NCBI GenBank assembly: GCA_037146775.1
Contig: JBAWWL010000006.1
Coordinates: forward strand, 79,120 to 143,119
DNA length: 64,000 nt
Source: Candidatus Omnitrophota bacterium
GTDB lineage: Bacteria > Omnitrophota > Gorgyraeia > Duberdicusellales > 4484-171
Reading direction: 5' to 3'
Notes under the pieces: generated by a model
The model's input: only the letters and a program-made list of their open reading frames with translations
What the model was told of the DNA's origin: nothing
The model's database searches: none
Shown: positions 18,058 through 28,016 of the stretch, piece after piece
Position numbering within the stretch: position 1 is the stretch's first letter
How the letters are laid out: each line of letters starts with the position of its first letter
Made by a program: the position numbers and the translations under genes

Positions 18058-19101
18058 TTATTTAGTAATGAGGTATTCGGCAATTTGCACTGCATTAGAT
18101 GCGGCGCCTTTTAAAAGGTTGTCGGCGACAACCCATAACCAAAGGCCATTTTTAACGAAAGGGTCTTTGCGGATACGCCCGACAAATACTTCATCTTTAC
18201 CCTCCGCGTCCTTGGGCATTGGATAAAGACTTTTCTTGACATCGTCAACCAAAATAATGCCGGGAGCTTTTGAAAATAAACTCTTTACCTTGTCTGGAGT
18301 GATAGTTTTTGCGGTTTCAATGTATACAGCTTCGGAATGCCCTGTTCTCACCGGCACCCTTACGGTAGTAGCTGAAATTTTAATCTTATTGTCGTGCATT
18401 ATTTTATGTGTTTCCTTGACTAACTTCCATTCTTCACTGGTATAATCAGCGTCCGAGAACCCTCCGATATGCGGAAAAACATTATAGGCGAGCTGCTGCG
18501 GCATTGCTCTTTCAGAGGACAAATTACAGAAAATAGAATTCTGACTTCTGTCTTCTGACTTCTGACTTCTCAAGACTATTTCTTTATTTTCCCTCCAAAG
18601 CTGCTCTACCGCATTCTTGCCTGCCCCGGAAGAAGCCTGCAGAGTGGTAACGATTACTCTTTTGATTCCAACTTTTTTATGAATTGGCCAAAGAGCTACC
18701 ACCATCTGAATTGTTGAACAATTAGGATTAGCAATGATACCTTTATGTTTTTTTATATCTTTGGCGTTTACTTCCGGCACGACCAGAGGAACGTCTTTCT
18801 GCATACGAAAGTCCGCTCCGTTGTCAATCACTACAGCGCCACATTTAACTGCACTCGCCGCATAAGTGGCTGCCGCGCCTTTTTCGCCTTCGGTGCCGGC
18901 AAATAATGCAATATCAATACCCTTAAAAGCATCGTCTGAAATAGCCTCAACATTGTATGATTGCCCGTCAACATCAATAGTACGGCTGGTGCGCGCAAAG
19001 ACTTTCAAGGCAGCAATCGGGAAATTACGCCGCCTTAGGCAGCGTAACATTTCAATGCCGACCACGCCCACGCCTACTACCGCAACATTATATTTCTTCA
19101 T
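18058..19101 (-). CDS. asd: Aspartate-semialdehyde dehydrogenase with an in-frame repeat-derived insert
   Basis: VPLVVPEVN, IIANPNCSTIQ, RVPV..GHSE and DNLLKGAA.NAVQIAE motifs. Confidence 0.97.
   Translation of the reverse strand: MKKYNVAVVGVGVVGIEMLRCLRRRNFPIAALKVFARTSRTIDVDGQSYNVEAISDDAFKGIDIALFAGTEGEKGAAATYAASAVKCGAVVIDNGADFRMQKDVPLVVPEVNAKDIKKHKGIIANPNCSTIQMVVALWPIHKKVGIKRVIVTTLQASSGAGKNAVEQLWRENKEIVLRSQKSEDRSQNSIFCNLSSERAMPQQLAYNVFPHIGGFSDADYTSEEWKLVKETHKIMHDNKIKISATTVRVPVRTGHSEAVYIETAKTITPDKVKSLFSKAPGIILVDDVKKSLYPMPKDAEGKDEVFVGRIRKDPFVKNGLWLWVVADNLLKGAASNAVQIAEYLITK
18511..18570. repeat. Heptamer inverted-arm element inside asd
   Basis: (TTCTGWC)x4 at 18539-18566 plus opposite-sense degenerate units TCAGAGG ACAAATT ACAGAAA at 18512-18532. 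Confidence 0.8.
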
Positions 19102-19147
19102 ACTGTATCCTTTCTCTTGACGGACGACTTACGTACGTCCCTACATA

Positions 19148-19564
19148 CTATTTTTCGTACAATAAAACTTCGTCTTTATCTTTATCGATCGTTTCCAATA
19201 AAGCCTTATCGCTTGTTCGATAATATTTCATTAAATCATCCGTGAGCTTAAGCATAGCATCCGCATAGCGCAACATTCGCTCTTTAGACGAAACGTTTTC
19301 CTCTGCCACGATCTCCTTTCTGTATATCTCGGTAACAGTCTTGGCCGCCTCAACTATTTTCAAACAATCTTCACCGCTATAGCCTCGGCCCTCAAGATCT
19401 TCGGCGTAAGTAATAAGCCATCGCGGAGAAAACCGCGCATTATATACTGCTTCATCCTGCGCCCGCTGGGCCTCCTCGATATCTTCTTCAACCTGCGGCC
19501 AAACCGTAGCACTTAAACCAAGCAAAGCCACACAGATACTCGAAACGATAAAAACTTTTTTCAT
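19148..19564 (-). CDS. Secreted hypothetical protein (one copy of an xPRWL helical domain)
   Basis: Likely start MKKVF with GGAGG SD; signal peptide; similar to both halves of 19584-20519. Confidence 0.75.
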   Translation of the reverse strand: MKKVFIVSSICVALLGLSATVWPQVEEDIEEAQRAQDEAVYNARFSPRWLITYAEDLEGRGYSGEDCLKIVEAAKTVTEIYRKEIVAEENVSSKERMLRYADAMLKLTDDLMKYYRTSDKALLETIDKDKDEVLLYEK

Positions 19565-19583
19565 GGATAGCCCCTCCCACTTG

Positions 19584-20519
19584 CTAATTTTTTGAAGCAA
19601 GATAATCGGCGATTTCTTTTTCTTTGGCCAATGCCTCTTTCTGGAATTTTAAAGCATCGACAGCAATACTTTCATTACCTGTTTTATACGCTTCGACCAA
19701 CCCTTGAGCATAATTGACCATCGCCGTTATGTAGGCCGCATATTTATCGCGTAAGACCGTATCGTTGGTTCCCGCCGTAACTTCTTTTCCGAAAACTTTG
19801 CTGATATCGGTTGAAGCCTGGGCGGCAATTGTACACTCTCCACACACAATGCCTTTTTTCGAAGACGCCTGTTTTGTAAGCTGAAGTTTATCGGCATAAA
19901 GTGATTCGCTAAGCGTCGTGAGCCAGCGAGGACACATTCCCATTGAAAGGCGCAGCATCGTATCATCATTGGCTGCCAATGGTTCTCGCAATAATTTTTC
20001 TATAATGGCATTATACCTTGCCGCATCTTCAAGATATTTTTTAGCTACGTTCCCCGCTCCGGTATCAGCACTTTTATAAGATCGTATCTGGTTATCGGCT
20101 GCCTGGATAAGTAATCGTACGTAACGTAGCATGTCTTCTTTCAATCCCAAATCCTTAATGCCCACCATATAGGCGTCTTTCTCCGTTTTTACTTTCATCA
20201 GCTCTTTTTCGACCAACTCCAAAAGGCCTTTTGCCGATTGCGCTATTGACGTAGCGTCGCTAATTTTACCTTTAGCATGGAGGTAGCTGCTTAGCGCAAG
20301 AAGGTAACGCGGACAGGCAAATTTTGCGTTTACTAACGCATACTCCATAGCCACCACGGCATCTTCTATGGTTTTTTTGGATCGCAGGGCCTCGTCTTTC
20401 GCACTCGTGGAGTCGGTAACAGGCTTAGCGGTATCTATGTTTTGCGGCTGCGCGGTATATACATAGCATAATGAGCATAAAAAAAAGGCATATATTAGAT
20501 AATTACTTTTCTTTTTCAT
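19584..20519 (-). CDS. Secreted hypothetical protein (two copies of a CPR[YW]L helical domain)
   Basis: AGGAGG SD, signal peptide, internal duplication. Confidence 0.8.
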   Translation of the reverse strand: MKKKSNYLIYAFFLCSLCYVYTAQPQNIDTAKPVTDSTSAKDEALRSKKTIEDAVVAMEYALVNAKFACPRYLLALSSYLHAKGKISDATSIAQSAKGLLELVEKELMKVKTEKDAYMVGIKDLGLKEDMLRYVRLLIQAADNQIRSYKSADTGAGNVAKKYLEDAARYNAIIEKLLREPLAANDDTMLRLSMGMCPRWLTTLSESLYADKLQLTKQASSKKGIVCGECTIAAQASTDISKVFGKEVTAGTNDTVLRDKYAAYITAMVNYAQGLVEAYKTGNESIAVDALKFQKEALAKEKEIADYLASKN

Positions 20520-20583
20520 CTATCCTCCTTTTTTATGCACTACGGCACACCAATGGCCGAAAAATTAGCGCAGCAAGAAACAG

Positions 20584-21663
20584 TTATCGTAATTCTTTTA
20601 CCGTAAGATCGCCGACCTCTTCGGTGGAATATCCCATTTTTCCTGCGGCGAGGCTCTTAAGCTTTTTCGTAACAACCGTAATCACGGCTTTCTCAATGGC
20701 CTGCGCAGCTTTCACTTCACCTATATGTTCAAGCAACATTGCCATAGCGCAAATAGCCGCTAAAGGATTGATAACATTCTTGCCTGTATATTTAGGAGCA
20801 CTGCCTCCGATAGGTTCAAACATAGACACGCCATCCGGGTTAATGTTGCCTCCCGCAGCAATACCCATCCCGCCCTGGATCATGGCACCCAAATCCGTGA
20901 TAATATCTCCAAACATGTTATCCGTAACAATAACATCAAACCATTCAGGATTCTTTACAAACCACATCGTCGTTGCGTCGACATGCGCGTAATCGGTGGT
21001 AATGTCCGGGTACTCTTTGGCAACTTCCATAAAAGTACGCTGCCACAGATCCCACGCATACGTCAATACATTAGTTTTGCCGCAAAGCGTCAGCTTTTTC
21101 TTCTTATTGCGCTTTCTGGTATATTCAAACGCGTAACGGATACAACGCTCGACGCCTTTACGGGTGTTGTACGAAATTTGGATAGCCACTTCATCACGAG
21201 TGCCCTTATTCTTAAACTCCCCCATACCCTTATAAAGACCTTCTGAATTCTCGCGTATCACCACAAAATCGATATCTTGAGGTGTTTTATCCTTAAGCGG
21301 GCAAAATGCCGAATTATACAAGGCAACCGGCCTAAGATTAATATACTGATCCAAAGAAAAACGTAATTTCAACAGTATCCCTGTTTCTAAAATACCCGGC
21401 TTTACGTCAGGATGCCCTATGGCTCCCAGATAAATTGCCTGATATCTTTTCAATTCTTTAATATCCTCGTCTTCCAGTGTTTTTCCGGTTTTAAGATAGC
21501 GTTCACCGCCGAAATCAAACTGTTTAGCTTCATAGGTAAAACCAAACTTGGAACTTGCGGCCTGTAATACCTTTAAACCCTGGGCAATGACCTCGGGGCC
21601 GGTACCGTCGCCAGGAATAACCGCGATGCTATACTTGTTGCCCATAATATTAGTTCTCCTCAA
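20584..21663 (-). CDS. leuB: 3-isopropylmalate dehydrogenase
   Basis: IPGDGTGPEV, NLRP, RENSEGLY, NMFGDIITD and FEPIGGSAP; next to leuCD; start may be the MGNK Met. Confidence 0.9.
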   Translation of the reverse strand: MRRTNIMGNKYSIAVIPGDGTGPEVIAQGLKVLQAASSKFGFTYEAKQFDFGGERYLKTGKTLEDEDIKELKRYQAIYLGAIGHPDVKPGILETGILLKLRFSLDQYINLRPVALYNSAFCPLKDKTPQDIDFVVIRENSEGLYKGMGEFKNKGTRDEVAIQISYNTRKGVERCIRYAFEYTRKRNKKKKLTLCGKTNVLTYAWDLWQRTFMEVAKEYPDITTDYAHVDATTMWFVKNPEWFDVIVTDNMFGDIITDLGAMIQGGMGIAAGGNINPDGVSMFEPIGGSAPKYTGKNVINPLAAICAMAMLLEHIGEVKAAQAIEKAVITVVTKKLKSLAAGKMGYSTEEVGDLTVKELR

Positions 21664-21910
21664 TCCATTTAATAGATTCTTTATTCAAGAAAATAGTGGC
21701 ACGTTTTTTGGTCAGGAAATTAAGCAACTGGAACGAATGCACTTCCTTGACATTTTGAAACTCCGCCTCGGTCATCACCAGAAAATCGCCCTTCATCGCA
21801 TTAAGATAATCAATCAAGCGAAAACCTTCGTCGATATAGACGTATCCTTTCGCAAAACTGCCGTCGATACAAAATACGCACACTTTACATTTAATCTTTG
21901 GCACCTTCAT
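21650..21910 (-). CDS. Small hypothetical protein
   Basis: 86-aa ORF overlapping both leuD and leuB; RLIDYLN...FL...FLNKESI pattern. Confidence 0.65.
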   Translation of the reverse strand: MKVPKIKCKVCVFCIDGSFAKGYVYIDEGFRLIDYLNAMKGDFLVMTEAEFQNVKEVHSFQLLNFLTKKRATIFLNKESIKWIEEN

Positions 21911-22403
21911 TGCGCTTGCCCTCCTTTAACTTTACCCAACTCGTAAGCCCCTGCGCTTTCACTATGTCTTGCAAAAATACAGGAAAAGACTGTGCGCGAT
22001 ACTCCCGACCCTTTGTAAGATTCTTTATTATACCCTTTGATAAATCTATTTCAAGCATATCGTTTTGTGCAATATCAGCTGTCTCGCGGATCTCAAGAAT
22101 AGGTAGCCCCCTGTTAATAGCGTTCCTAAAAAATATCCTAGCAAAGCTGGAAGCAATAACCGCAGTTACACCGCAACCCTTAATACTCACCGGAGCATGT
22201 TCTCTGCTTGAACCGGAACCAAAATTATTGCCGGCAACAATAATATCGCCGGGTGTAACTTTCTTGACAAAATCCGGCTGGATGTTTTCCATACATTTTG
22301 AACCCAAAAACTTCTCATCTTGAGAATCAAGATATTTAGCCGCGATAATATCGTCGGTATTTATATTATTGCCAAAAATATGTGCTTTTCCTTTAAGGAT
22401 CAT
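21891..22403 (-). CDS. leuD: 3-isopropylmalate dehydratase small subunit
   Basis: NINTDDII, NFGSGSSREHA and SFARIFFRN motifs. Confidence 0.93.
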   Translation of the reverse strand: MILKGKAHIFGNNINTDDIIAAKYLDSQDEKFLGSKCMENIQPDFVKKVTPGDIIVAGNNFGSGSSREHAPVSIKGCGVTAVIASSFARIFFRNAINRGLPILEIRETADIAQNDMLEIDLSKGIIKNLTKGREYRAQSFPVFLQDIVKAQGLTSWVKLKEGKRNEGAKD

Positions 22404-22422
22404 AGTATTCCGGATTCAAGTT

Positions 22423-23697
22423 CTAGTTAATCTCTTCGGGATGCGTAATGCGCCCTTTAAGCGCGCTTGAAGCGGCTACCGCCGGGGAACTTAGATAGAC
22501 AAAACTTTCCGGATGCCCCATTCTACCGACAAAATTCCTATTAGTGGTAGCTAGCGCCACTTCCCCTTTATCTAAAATACCCATATGCCCGCCCAAACAG
22601 GGGCCGCAGGTAGGAGGGCACACCATGCATCCGGCTTCCACAAACACTCTCATCAGCCCTTCTTTTTCTGCCTGTAAGGAAATCTGCGGAGTTGCCGGTA
22701 ACACCACAACCCGTAAACCTTTCTTAACCTTTTTGCCTTTTAAAATAGCGGCGGCAATCCTTAAGTCGGTGATTCTGCCGTTCGTACAAGAACCGATAAC
22801 CACCTGGTCTATCTTCACACCAGCCAGCGCACTTACCGGTTTTGTATTGCTAGGTAAATGCGGACAAGAAACTACCGGCTCAAGTTTGGTCACATCTATC
22901 TCGATTACTTGCTCATAAACCGCATCCTTGTCGCTCTTCAGGCGCTTCATAGCATCTGTAACCCGCAAAGCATTGTGAGTGATTTTTTTTAGGTATGAAA
23001 ATGTTACTGCGTCAGGCTCGACCACTCCGGTTTTCGCTCCAGCTTCAACAGCCATATTCGTCATGGTCAGCCGATCATCCATCCCAAGCGTCTTCACCAG
23101 CGGGCCGCCAAATTCCATTACCTTATACAATGCGCCGTCCACGCCGATAGTGCCAATAGTATGTAAAATTAAATCTTTGCCGCCAACCCACTTCTTTAAT
23201 TTTCCTTTATAGATAAATTTCAGAGTACGCGGAACTTTAAACCAACATTTCCCTTCCTTCATGGCTACCGCCAAATCCGTAGACCCAACCCCAAAGGCCG
23301 CGGCTCCTATCGCACCCAATGTGCAAGTATGCGAGTCGGCCCCCACCACGAGACACCCCGGCCGCACCAATGCTTGCTCGAGCAAAAAAATATGCTCAAC
23401 ACCGCAACGGTTAATATCGAAGAAATTCTTAATGCGATACTGCCGAGCAAATGACTGTAACACTTTTACATTGTTTGCCGCCTTTAAATCTCTTGCGGGA
23501 AGAAAATGATCACAGATAAAACCTATTTTTTTAGTATCAAAAACAGAATCAAAACCGACCTTGCAAAACTCCTTCACCGCCAAAGGCGCGGTAATGTCGT
23601 TGCCGAAACAAAAATCTACTTTCGTATAGACAAAATCTCCCAACGACTTCTGCATGGAGGCTCTTAAAAGTATTTTTTCTACGATCGTCAAACCCAT
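22423..23697 (-). CDS. leuC: 3-isopropylmalate dehydratase large subunit (homoaconitase-like subfamily)
   Basis: DH, DSHTCT, GSCTNGR, CGPCLG and TNRNFVGRMG motifs. Confidence 0.93.
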   Translation of the reverse strand: MGLTIVEKILLRASMQKSLGDFVYTKVDFCFGNDITAPLAVKEFCKVGFDSVFDTKKIGFICDHFLPARDLKAANNVKVLQSFARQYRIKNFFDINRCGVEHIFLLEQALVRPGCLVVGADSHTCTLGAIGAAAFGVGSTDLAVAMKEGKCWFKVPRTLKFIYKGKLKKWVGGKDLILHTIGTIGVDGALYKVMEFGGPLVKTLGMDDRLTMTNMAVEAGAKTGVVEPDAVTFSYLKKITHNALRVTDAMKRLKSDKDAVYEQVIEIDVTKLEPVVSCPHLPSNTKPVSALAGVKIDQVVIGSCTNGRITDLRIAAAILKGKKVKKGLRVVVLPATPQISLQAEKEGLMRVFVEAGCMVCPPTCGPCLGGHMGILDKGEVALATTNRNFVGRMGHPESFVYLSSPAVAASSALKGRITHPEEIN

Positions 23698-23710
23698 ATT
23701 TTTGTATTAT

Positions 23711-24952
23711 TTATTTCTTGAACTTTTTGACAAGAAGCGTAGCGTTGTGACCGCCAAAACCTAAAGAATTGGAAAGGGCGATCTCAAGATCCGCCTGTTT
23801 CGCCTTGTTCGGGGTATAATCCAAATCACACTCCGGGTCAGAATGTTCATAGTTGATCGTGGGCGGAATAACTTTCTCTATCAAAGACTGGCAAATTACA
23901 ATAAATTCTATAGCGCCTGCAGCACCGAGGGTATGACCGGTCATAGACTTGGTAGAGCTTATATGAATGTTCGTTGGGTTATTACCAAACACTTTCTTTA
24001 TGGCTAATGTCTCGGTCTTATCGTTAAGCTGGGTACTGGTACCATGCGCATTAATATACATCTTTTCGTGAACGGAAACTTCGCCTTCCTTCAGGGCAAA
24101 TTCCATTGCTCGCGCGGCAGACTCGCCTTCCGGATCGGGCGCGGTAATATGATATGCATCGCAAGTAGCGCCATAACCGCATATTTCTCCATAGATAGTC
24201 GCGCCTCGAGATAGCGCGTGTTCCATGGTTTCTAAAACTACAATTCCTGAACCTTCCGCTATGACGAAACCATCTCTTTCCCTGTCAAAAGGACGACTCG
24301 CATGCTGGGGATCATCATTACGTTTAGAAAGCGCTCTGAGGGCACAAAATCCTCCCACCCCCATCGCGGTAATACAGGCTTCCGCGCCACCGCAAACCAT
24401 CACGTCAGCGCGCCCGTGTTTTACTATCGCATACGCTTCGCCGATCGCATGGGCACCGGAAGCACACGCCGTCACTGTGCAAAAATTTATCCCTTTTAGA
24501 TGATTATACAAGGCTACCGCTCCCGCTGCTTCGTTGGTAATAAGCGTCGGTATCAAAAACGGAGAAATTCTACTCGGGCCTTTCTGCAAATAAGCAAAGC
24601 ATTCGCTCTCGACAACCTGCAAACACCCGATCCCCGAACCGATGATGACTCCTATACGATAGGGATCAATAGTCTTTAGATCTACTCCGCTGGTTTTGAG
24701 AGCTTCTTCGGTGGCCTTAAGTGCAAATTGAACAACACGAGGAGTTCTTTTTATATCTTTCGGCAAGATAAAGGCAGGGGGAACAAAATCTTTCGCTTCT
24801 CCCGCAATCCGAGAATCAAATTTGCTTGCATCAAATTGCGTAATACAGCCAATGCCGCTCTTACCGTTAACGAGCGAATGCCAAAAAGATGATAACCCTA
24901 TACCCACGGGCGATACTACCCCGTAGCCAGTAACTACAACTCTTCTCTCCAT
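23711..24952 (-). CDS. fabF: 3-oxoacyl-ACP synthase II
   Basis: TACASG, INAHGTST, KSMTGH and NSLGFGGHN motifs. Confidence 0.97.
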   Translation of the reverse strand: MERRVVVTGYGVVSPVGIGLSSFWHSLVNGKSGIGCITQFDASKFDSRIAGEAKDFVPPAFILPKDIKRTPRVVQFALKATEEALKTSGVDLKTIDPYRIGVIIGSGIGCLQVVESECFAYLQKGPSRISPFLIPTLITNEAAGAVALYNHLKGINFCTVTACASGAHAIGEAYAIVKHGRADVMVCGGAEACITAMGVGGFCALRALSKRNDDPQHASRPFDRERDGFVIAEGSGIVVLETMEHALSRGATIYGEICGYGATCDAYHITAPDPEGESAARAMEFALKEGEVSVHEKMYINAHGTSTQLNDKTETLAIKKVFGNNPTNIHISSTKSMTGHTLGAAGAIEFIVICQSLIEKVIPPTINYEHSDPECDLDYTPNKAKQADLEIALSNSLGFGGHNATLLVKKFKK

Positions 24953-24961
24953 CTAAAAGAG

Positions 24962-25207
24962 TTATCCTTCTTTCTTCTTGGCTTTTGTATCGATATATTT
25001 TACGGCTTCGCCGACAGTCGTGATCTTCTCGGCGTCCTCATCGGGAATTTCGATGCCAAACTCTTCCTCTAACGCCATAACTACTTCTACGGTATCCAGA
25101 GAATCCGCCCCTAAATCATCGACAAAGGAGCTCTCCGGTTTAATTTCCTCTTTCTTTACACCGAGCTGTTCAGCTATAATTTCCTTTACTTTCTCCTCAA
25201 CGCTCAT
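24962..25207 (-). CDS. acpP: Acyl carrier protein
   Basis: [11 protein letters not shown]. Confidence 0.98.
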   Translation of the reverse strand: MSVEEKVKEIIAEQLGVKKEEIKPESSFVDDLGADSLDTVEVVMALEEEFGIEIPDEDAEKITTVGEAVKYIDTKAKKKEG

Positions 25208-25263
25208 TGCTACCTCCTTTCTTATGCTTGTTCACCCAGATACTGTACGTGTTACTTTCCTAA

Positions 25264-25998
25264 TTAAATCATACCTCCATCAACCACTATTACCTGACCG
25301 GTAATATAATCAGCATCTGACGACGCAAGGAAAAGTACTGCCCTCGCCACATCGCCTGGCTCACCCATCCTGGCCAAAGGAATACGTTTAAGCATTTCTT
25401 CTTTTATCTTTTCGTTAAGCTTTTCGGTCATCGCGGTTCGAATATACCCGGGAGCAACCGCATTCACATTAACATTCCTCGAACCGAATTCCCGCGCCAA
25501 AGACTTTGTCAATCCAATGAGGCCGGCCTTGGAAGCGGCGTAATTTGCCTGGCCAAAATTGCCGACGATTCCGATAATAGAAGAAATATTGATAATTTTT
25601 CCGCTGCGCTGCTTTAGCATCGCCTTGTTCACTGCTTTTATACAGTTAAAGGCGCCTTTAAGATTAACCGCCAAAACCTTATCCCAATCGCTTTCAGAGA
25701 GCCGTAGCAGGAGATTATCTCTTGTAATTCCTGCATTGTTAACTAATATATCAACTCTCCCAAAGATGTCAATAATTTTATTAATATTTTTCTCTACTTC
25801 CCCGATATTGGTCACATCAACCTTTGCCCACATTGCCTCACTAACACCCTTCAACTCCGTGACCGTCTGCTCAAGCTGAACCTCGTTGACATCAAGAATA
25901 GCCACCTTGGCCTTTTCTTTGGCAAACCCGAGAGCGATTTCCTTGCCAATACCCTGGGCACCGCCGGTCACAATAACCACCTTATCTCGAAAACGCAT
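25264..25998 (-). CDS. fabG: 3-oxoacyl-ACP reductase
   Basis: TGGAQGIG, NNAGITRD and YAASK motifs. Confidence 0.96.
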   Translation of the reverse strand: MRFRDKVVIVTGGAQGIGKEIALGFAKEKAKVAILDVNEVQLEQTVTELKGVSEAMWAKVDVTNIGEVEKNINKIIDIFGRVDILVNNAGITRDNLLLRLSESDWDKVLAVNLKGAFNCIKAVNKAMLKQRSGKIINISSIIGIVGNFGQANYAASKAGLIGLTKSLAREFGSRNVNVNAVAPGYIRTAMTEKLNEKIKEEMLKRIPLARMGEPGDVARAVLFLASSDADYITGQVIVVDGGMI

Positions 25999-26029
25999 CT
26001 TGTACCTCCGTTATTGAAAAAATAATGCT

Positions 26030-26926
26030 CTATATACCTGCAAGATCTTCTTTCTTTTCCACATTCACTACTTTGAGTCCGGGGTTTATTTTTCGGATTA
26101 AACCGCGCAACACCTTTGACGGACCAACCTCAAAGAAAACATCCACCCCGCTCTGCTGGAGCTTCAAGACACAGTCGTTCCATAAAACGGTTGAAGTTAA
26201 CTGGTCAAGAAGATTTTGTTTAATCTGGTCTTTATCTCGGGAGAATCCGGCGGTAACGTTACTGACTATCGGGATAAGCGCATCTTTGAAAGTAACGGTA
26301 TCAAGCACTTTTTTCAGATGCTTTTTTGCCGGCGCCATAAACGGAGAATGGAAACCACCACCCACCTCAAGCGGTATCACTCGAGCGCCCAAAGCCTCCA
26401 ATACTTCCTTTATTTTTTCTGCATCTTCTTTTTTAAAAGAAATAGCGGTCTGCGCGGAAGAATTGATATTCGCGATATAAAAACCGAGTTCTTGGCTTTT
26501 TTTGGCCAAATCCTGTCTTGTTACTCCAAGCACCGCATACATAGAAGAAGGCTCAAGTTGTGACGCCTCCTCCATGGCCCGGGCTCTCTCTTTTACGATA
26601 AAAACAAGAGCTTTCATATCAACCACGCCCGCAGGATAAAGACACGTATATTCTCCTAAACTTAAACCGGATAAAAAATCTATGGCGATCTTTTTTTCTT
26701 TAAAAAGTTCGTAACTAACCAGTGAGGTAGCTAAAATAGCCAATTGCTGAGTTTCGGTTTTTTTTAATACTTCGCTGCTACCCTCAAAACAAACTTGCGA
26801 AATCTTAAAACCCAAAACACTATCAATGTAGTCAAAAGTTTCTTTCGCTCTGGGAAAAGCGTCATAAAGATCTTTGCCCATCCCCTGATATTGCGCACCT
26901 TGCCCGGGAAATACTATAGCTTTCAT
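26030..26926 (-). CDS. fabD: Malonyl-CoA:ACP transacylase
   Basis: FPGQGAQ, GLSLGEY and FHS motifs. Confidence 0.96.
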   Translation of the reverse strand: MKAIVFPGQGAQYQGMGKDLYDAFPRAKETFDYIDSVLGFKISQVCFEGSSEVLKKTETQQLAILATSLVSYELFKEKKIAIDFLSGLSLGEYTCLYPAGVVDMKALVFIVKERARAMEEASQLEPSSMYAVLGVTRQDLAKKSQELGFYIANINSSAQTAISFKKEDAEKIKEVLEALGARVIPLEVGGGFHSPFMAPAKKHLKKVLDTVTFKDALIPIVSNVTAGFSRDKDQIKQNLLDQLTSTVLWNDCVLKLQQSGVDVFFEVGPSKVLRGLIRKINPGLKVVNVEKKEDLAGI

Positions 26927-26934
26927 TTTTTATT

Positions 26935-27018
26935 GTTCAGAGCTCAACGTTCGATGTTCAGTGAAATAGTAAACTCCTTAGTTCTTCGACATTGAACGTT
27001 CAACGTTAAACGTTGAAC
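26935..27018. repeat. Intergenic heptamer inverted-arm element
   Basis: GTTCAGA GCTCAAC GTTCGAT GTTCAGT, spacer, then CTTCGAC ATTGAAC GTTCAAC GTTAAAC GTTGAAC. Confidence 0.75.
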
Positions 27019-27022
27019 CTAC

Positions 27023-27997
27023 CTATATCCATCTAAGAACACAGCTACCCCAAACCAACCCGCCGCCGAATGCGTCCATAACCACGATATCGTCTTTTTT
27101 GATCCTGCCCTCTTCCCACGCCTCACACAGGGCTACCGCGCTGGAAGCAGACGACATGTTGCCGTAGCGAGAAATATTCACATATATTTTGTCGTGCGAC
27201 AAACCCAACCGGGTTGCAACCGCATTAATAATACGCTCATTAGCTTGATGAGGGATCAAAAGGTGTATATCGGAAGGACTAAGGTTTGCCTCTTTGAGGG
27301 CATGCTTCGCTGCGCCTACCATAACCCTCACCGCAATACGAAAAAGTTCATTGCCCCTCATCTTAATATAATGTTGCCGATGTTTCAGTGTTTCTTCGGA
27401 TACGGGATGTCGCGAACCACCGCCAGGAAGCATCAAAAGTTCGGCTTGTGAACCGTCGCTGCCCAAATAAGCGCTCAAAAAACTATCCTTTTTATTTTCT
27501 ACCAAAACCGCTGCGCCGGCGCCGTCACCGAAAAGAATGCAAGTAGAGCGGTCTTGCCAGTCAGTCACACAAGAAAGAACCTCTGCCCCTACCACCAATG
27601 CGTTTTTATACAAACCACCCTTGATGAATTGCCACGCACTGGTAAGAGCATATACAAAACCGGCACACGCACCGGATAAATCAAAACAGGCGGCGTGGGT
27701 TGCCTTTAGAGAATTTTGCAGATAACAGGCGGTCGAAGGAAAATGCATGTCAGGGGTAATCGTAGCAACAATGATCAGCTGGATATCGCTTGCTTTAAGG
27801 CCGGCGCGTTTTAGGGCACTCTTCGCAGCTTCAAACGCAAGTTGCGACGCAGCCACGCCTTTGTCGGCTATCCTTCTTTCTTTAATGCCTGTACGAGTAC
27901 TAATCCATTCGTCAGATGTATCGACCATCTTTTCTAAAGCAGCATTGGTCAATACGTGCGGTGGTAGATATTTCCCTAATCCAACTATTTTTGCCAC
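27023..27997 (-). CDS. fabH: 3-oxoacyl-ACP synthase III
   Basis: RTGIKERR, ACAGF, HQAN and GNMSSAS motifs. Confidence 0.97.
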   Translation of the reverse strand: MAKIVGLGKYLPPHVLTNAALEKMVDTSDEWISTRTGIKERRIADKGVAASQLAFEAAKSALKRAGLKASDIQLIIVATITPDMHFPSTACYLQNSLKATHAACFDLSGACAGFVYALTSAWQFIKGGLYKNALVVGAEVLSCVTDWQDRSTCILFGDGAGAAVLVENKKDSFLSAYLGSDGSQAELLMLPGGGSRHPVSEETLKHRQHYIKMRGNELFRIAVRVMVGAAKHALKEANLSPSDIHLLIPHQANERIINAVATRLGLSHDKIYVNISRYGNMSSASSAVALCEAWEEGRIKKDDIVVMDAFGGGLVWGSCVLRWI

Positions 27998-28016
27998 GGT
28001 AAAATACGCTCCTTTT

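Noticed and set aside
22945-22985. Possible decayed heptamer insert in leuC (ITHNALRVTDAM)
   Set aside because: Periodicity is too weak to support without an ortholog alignment.
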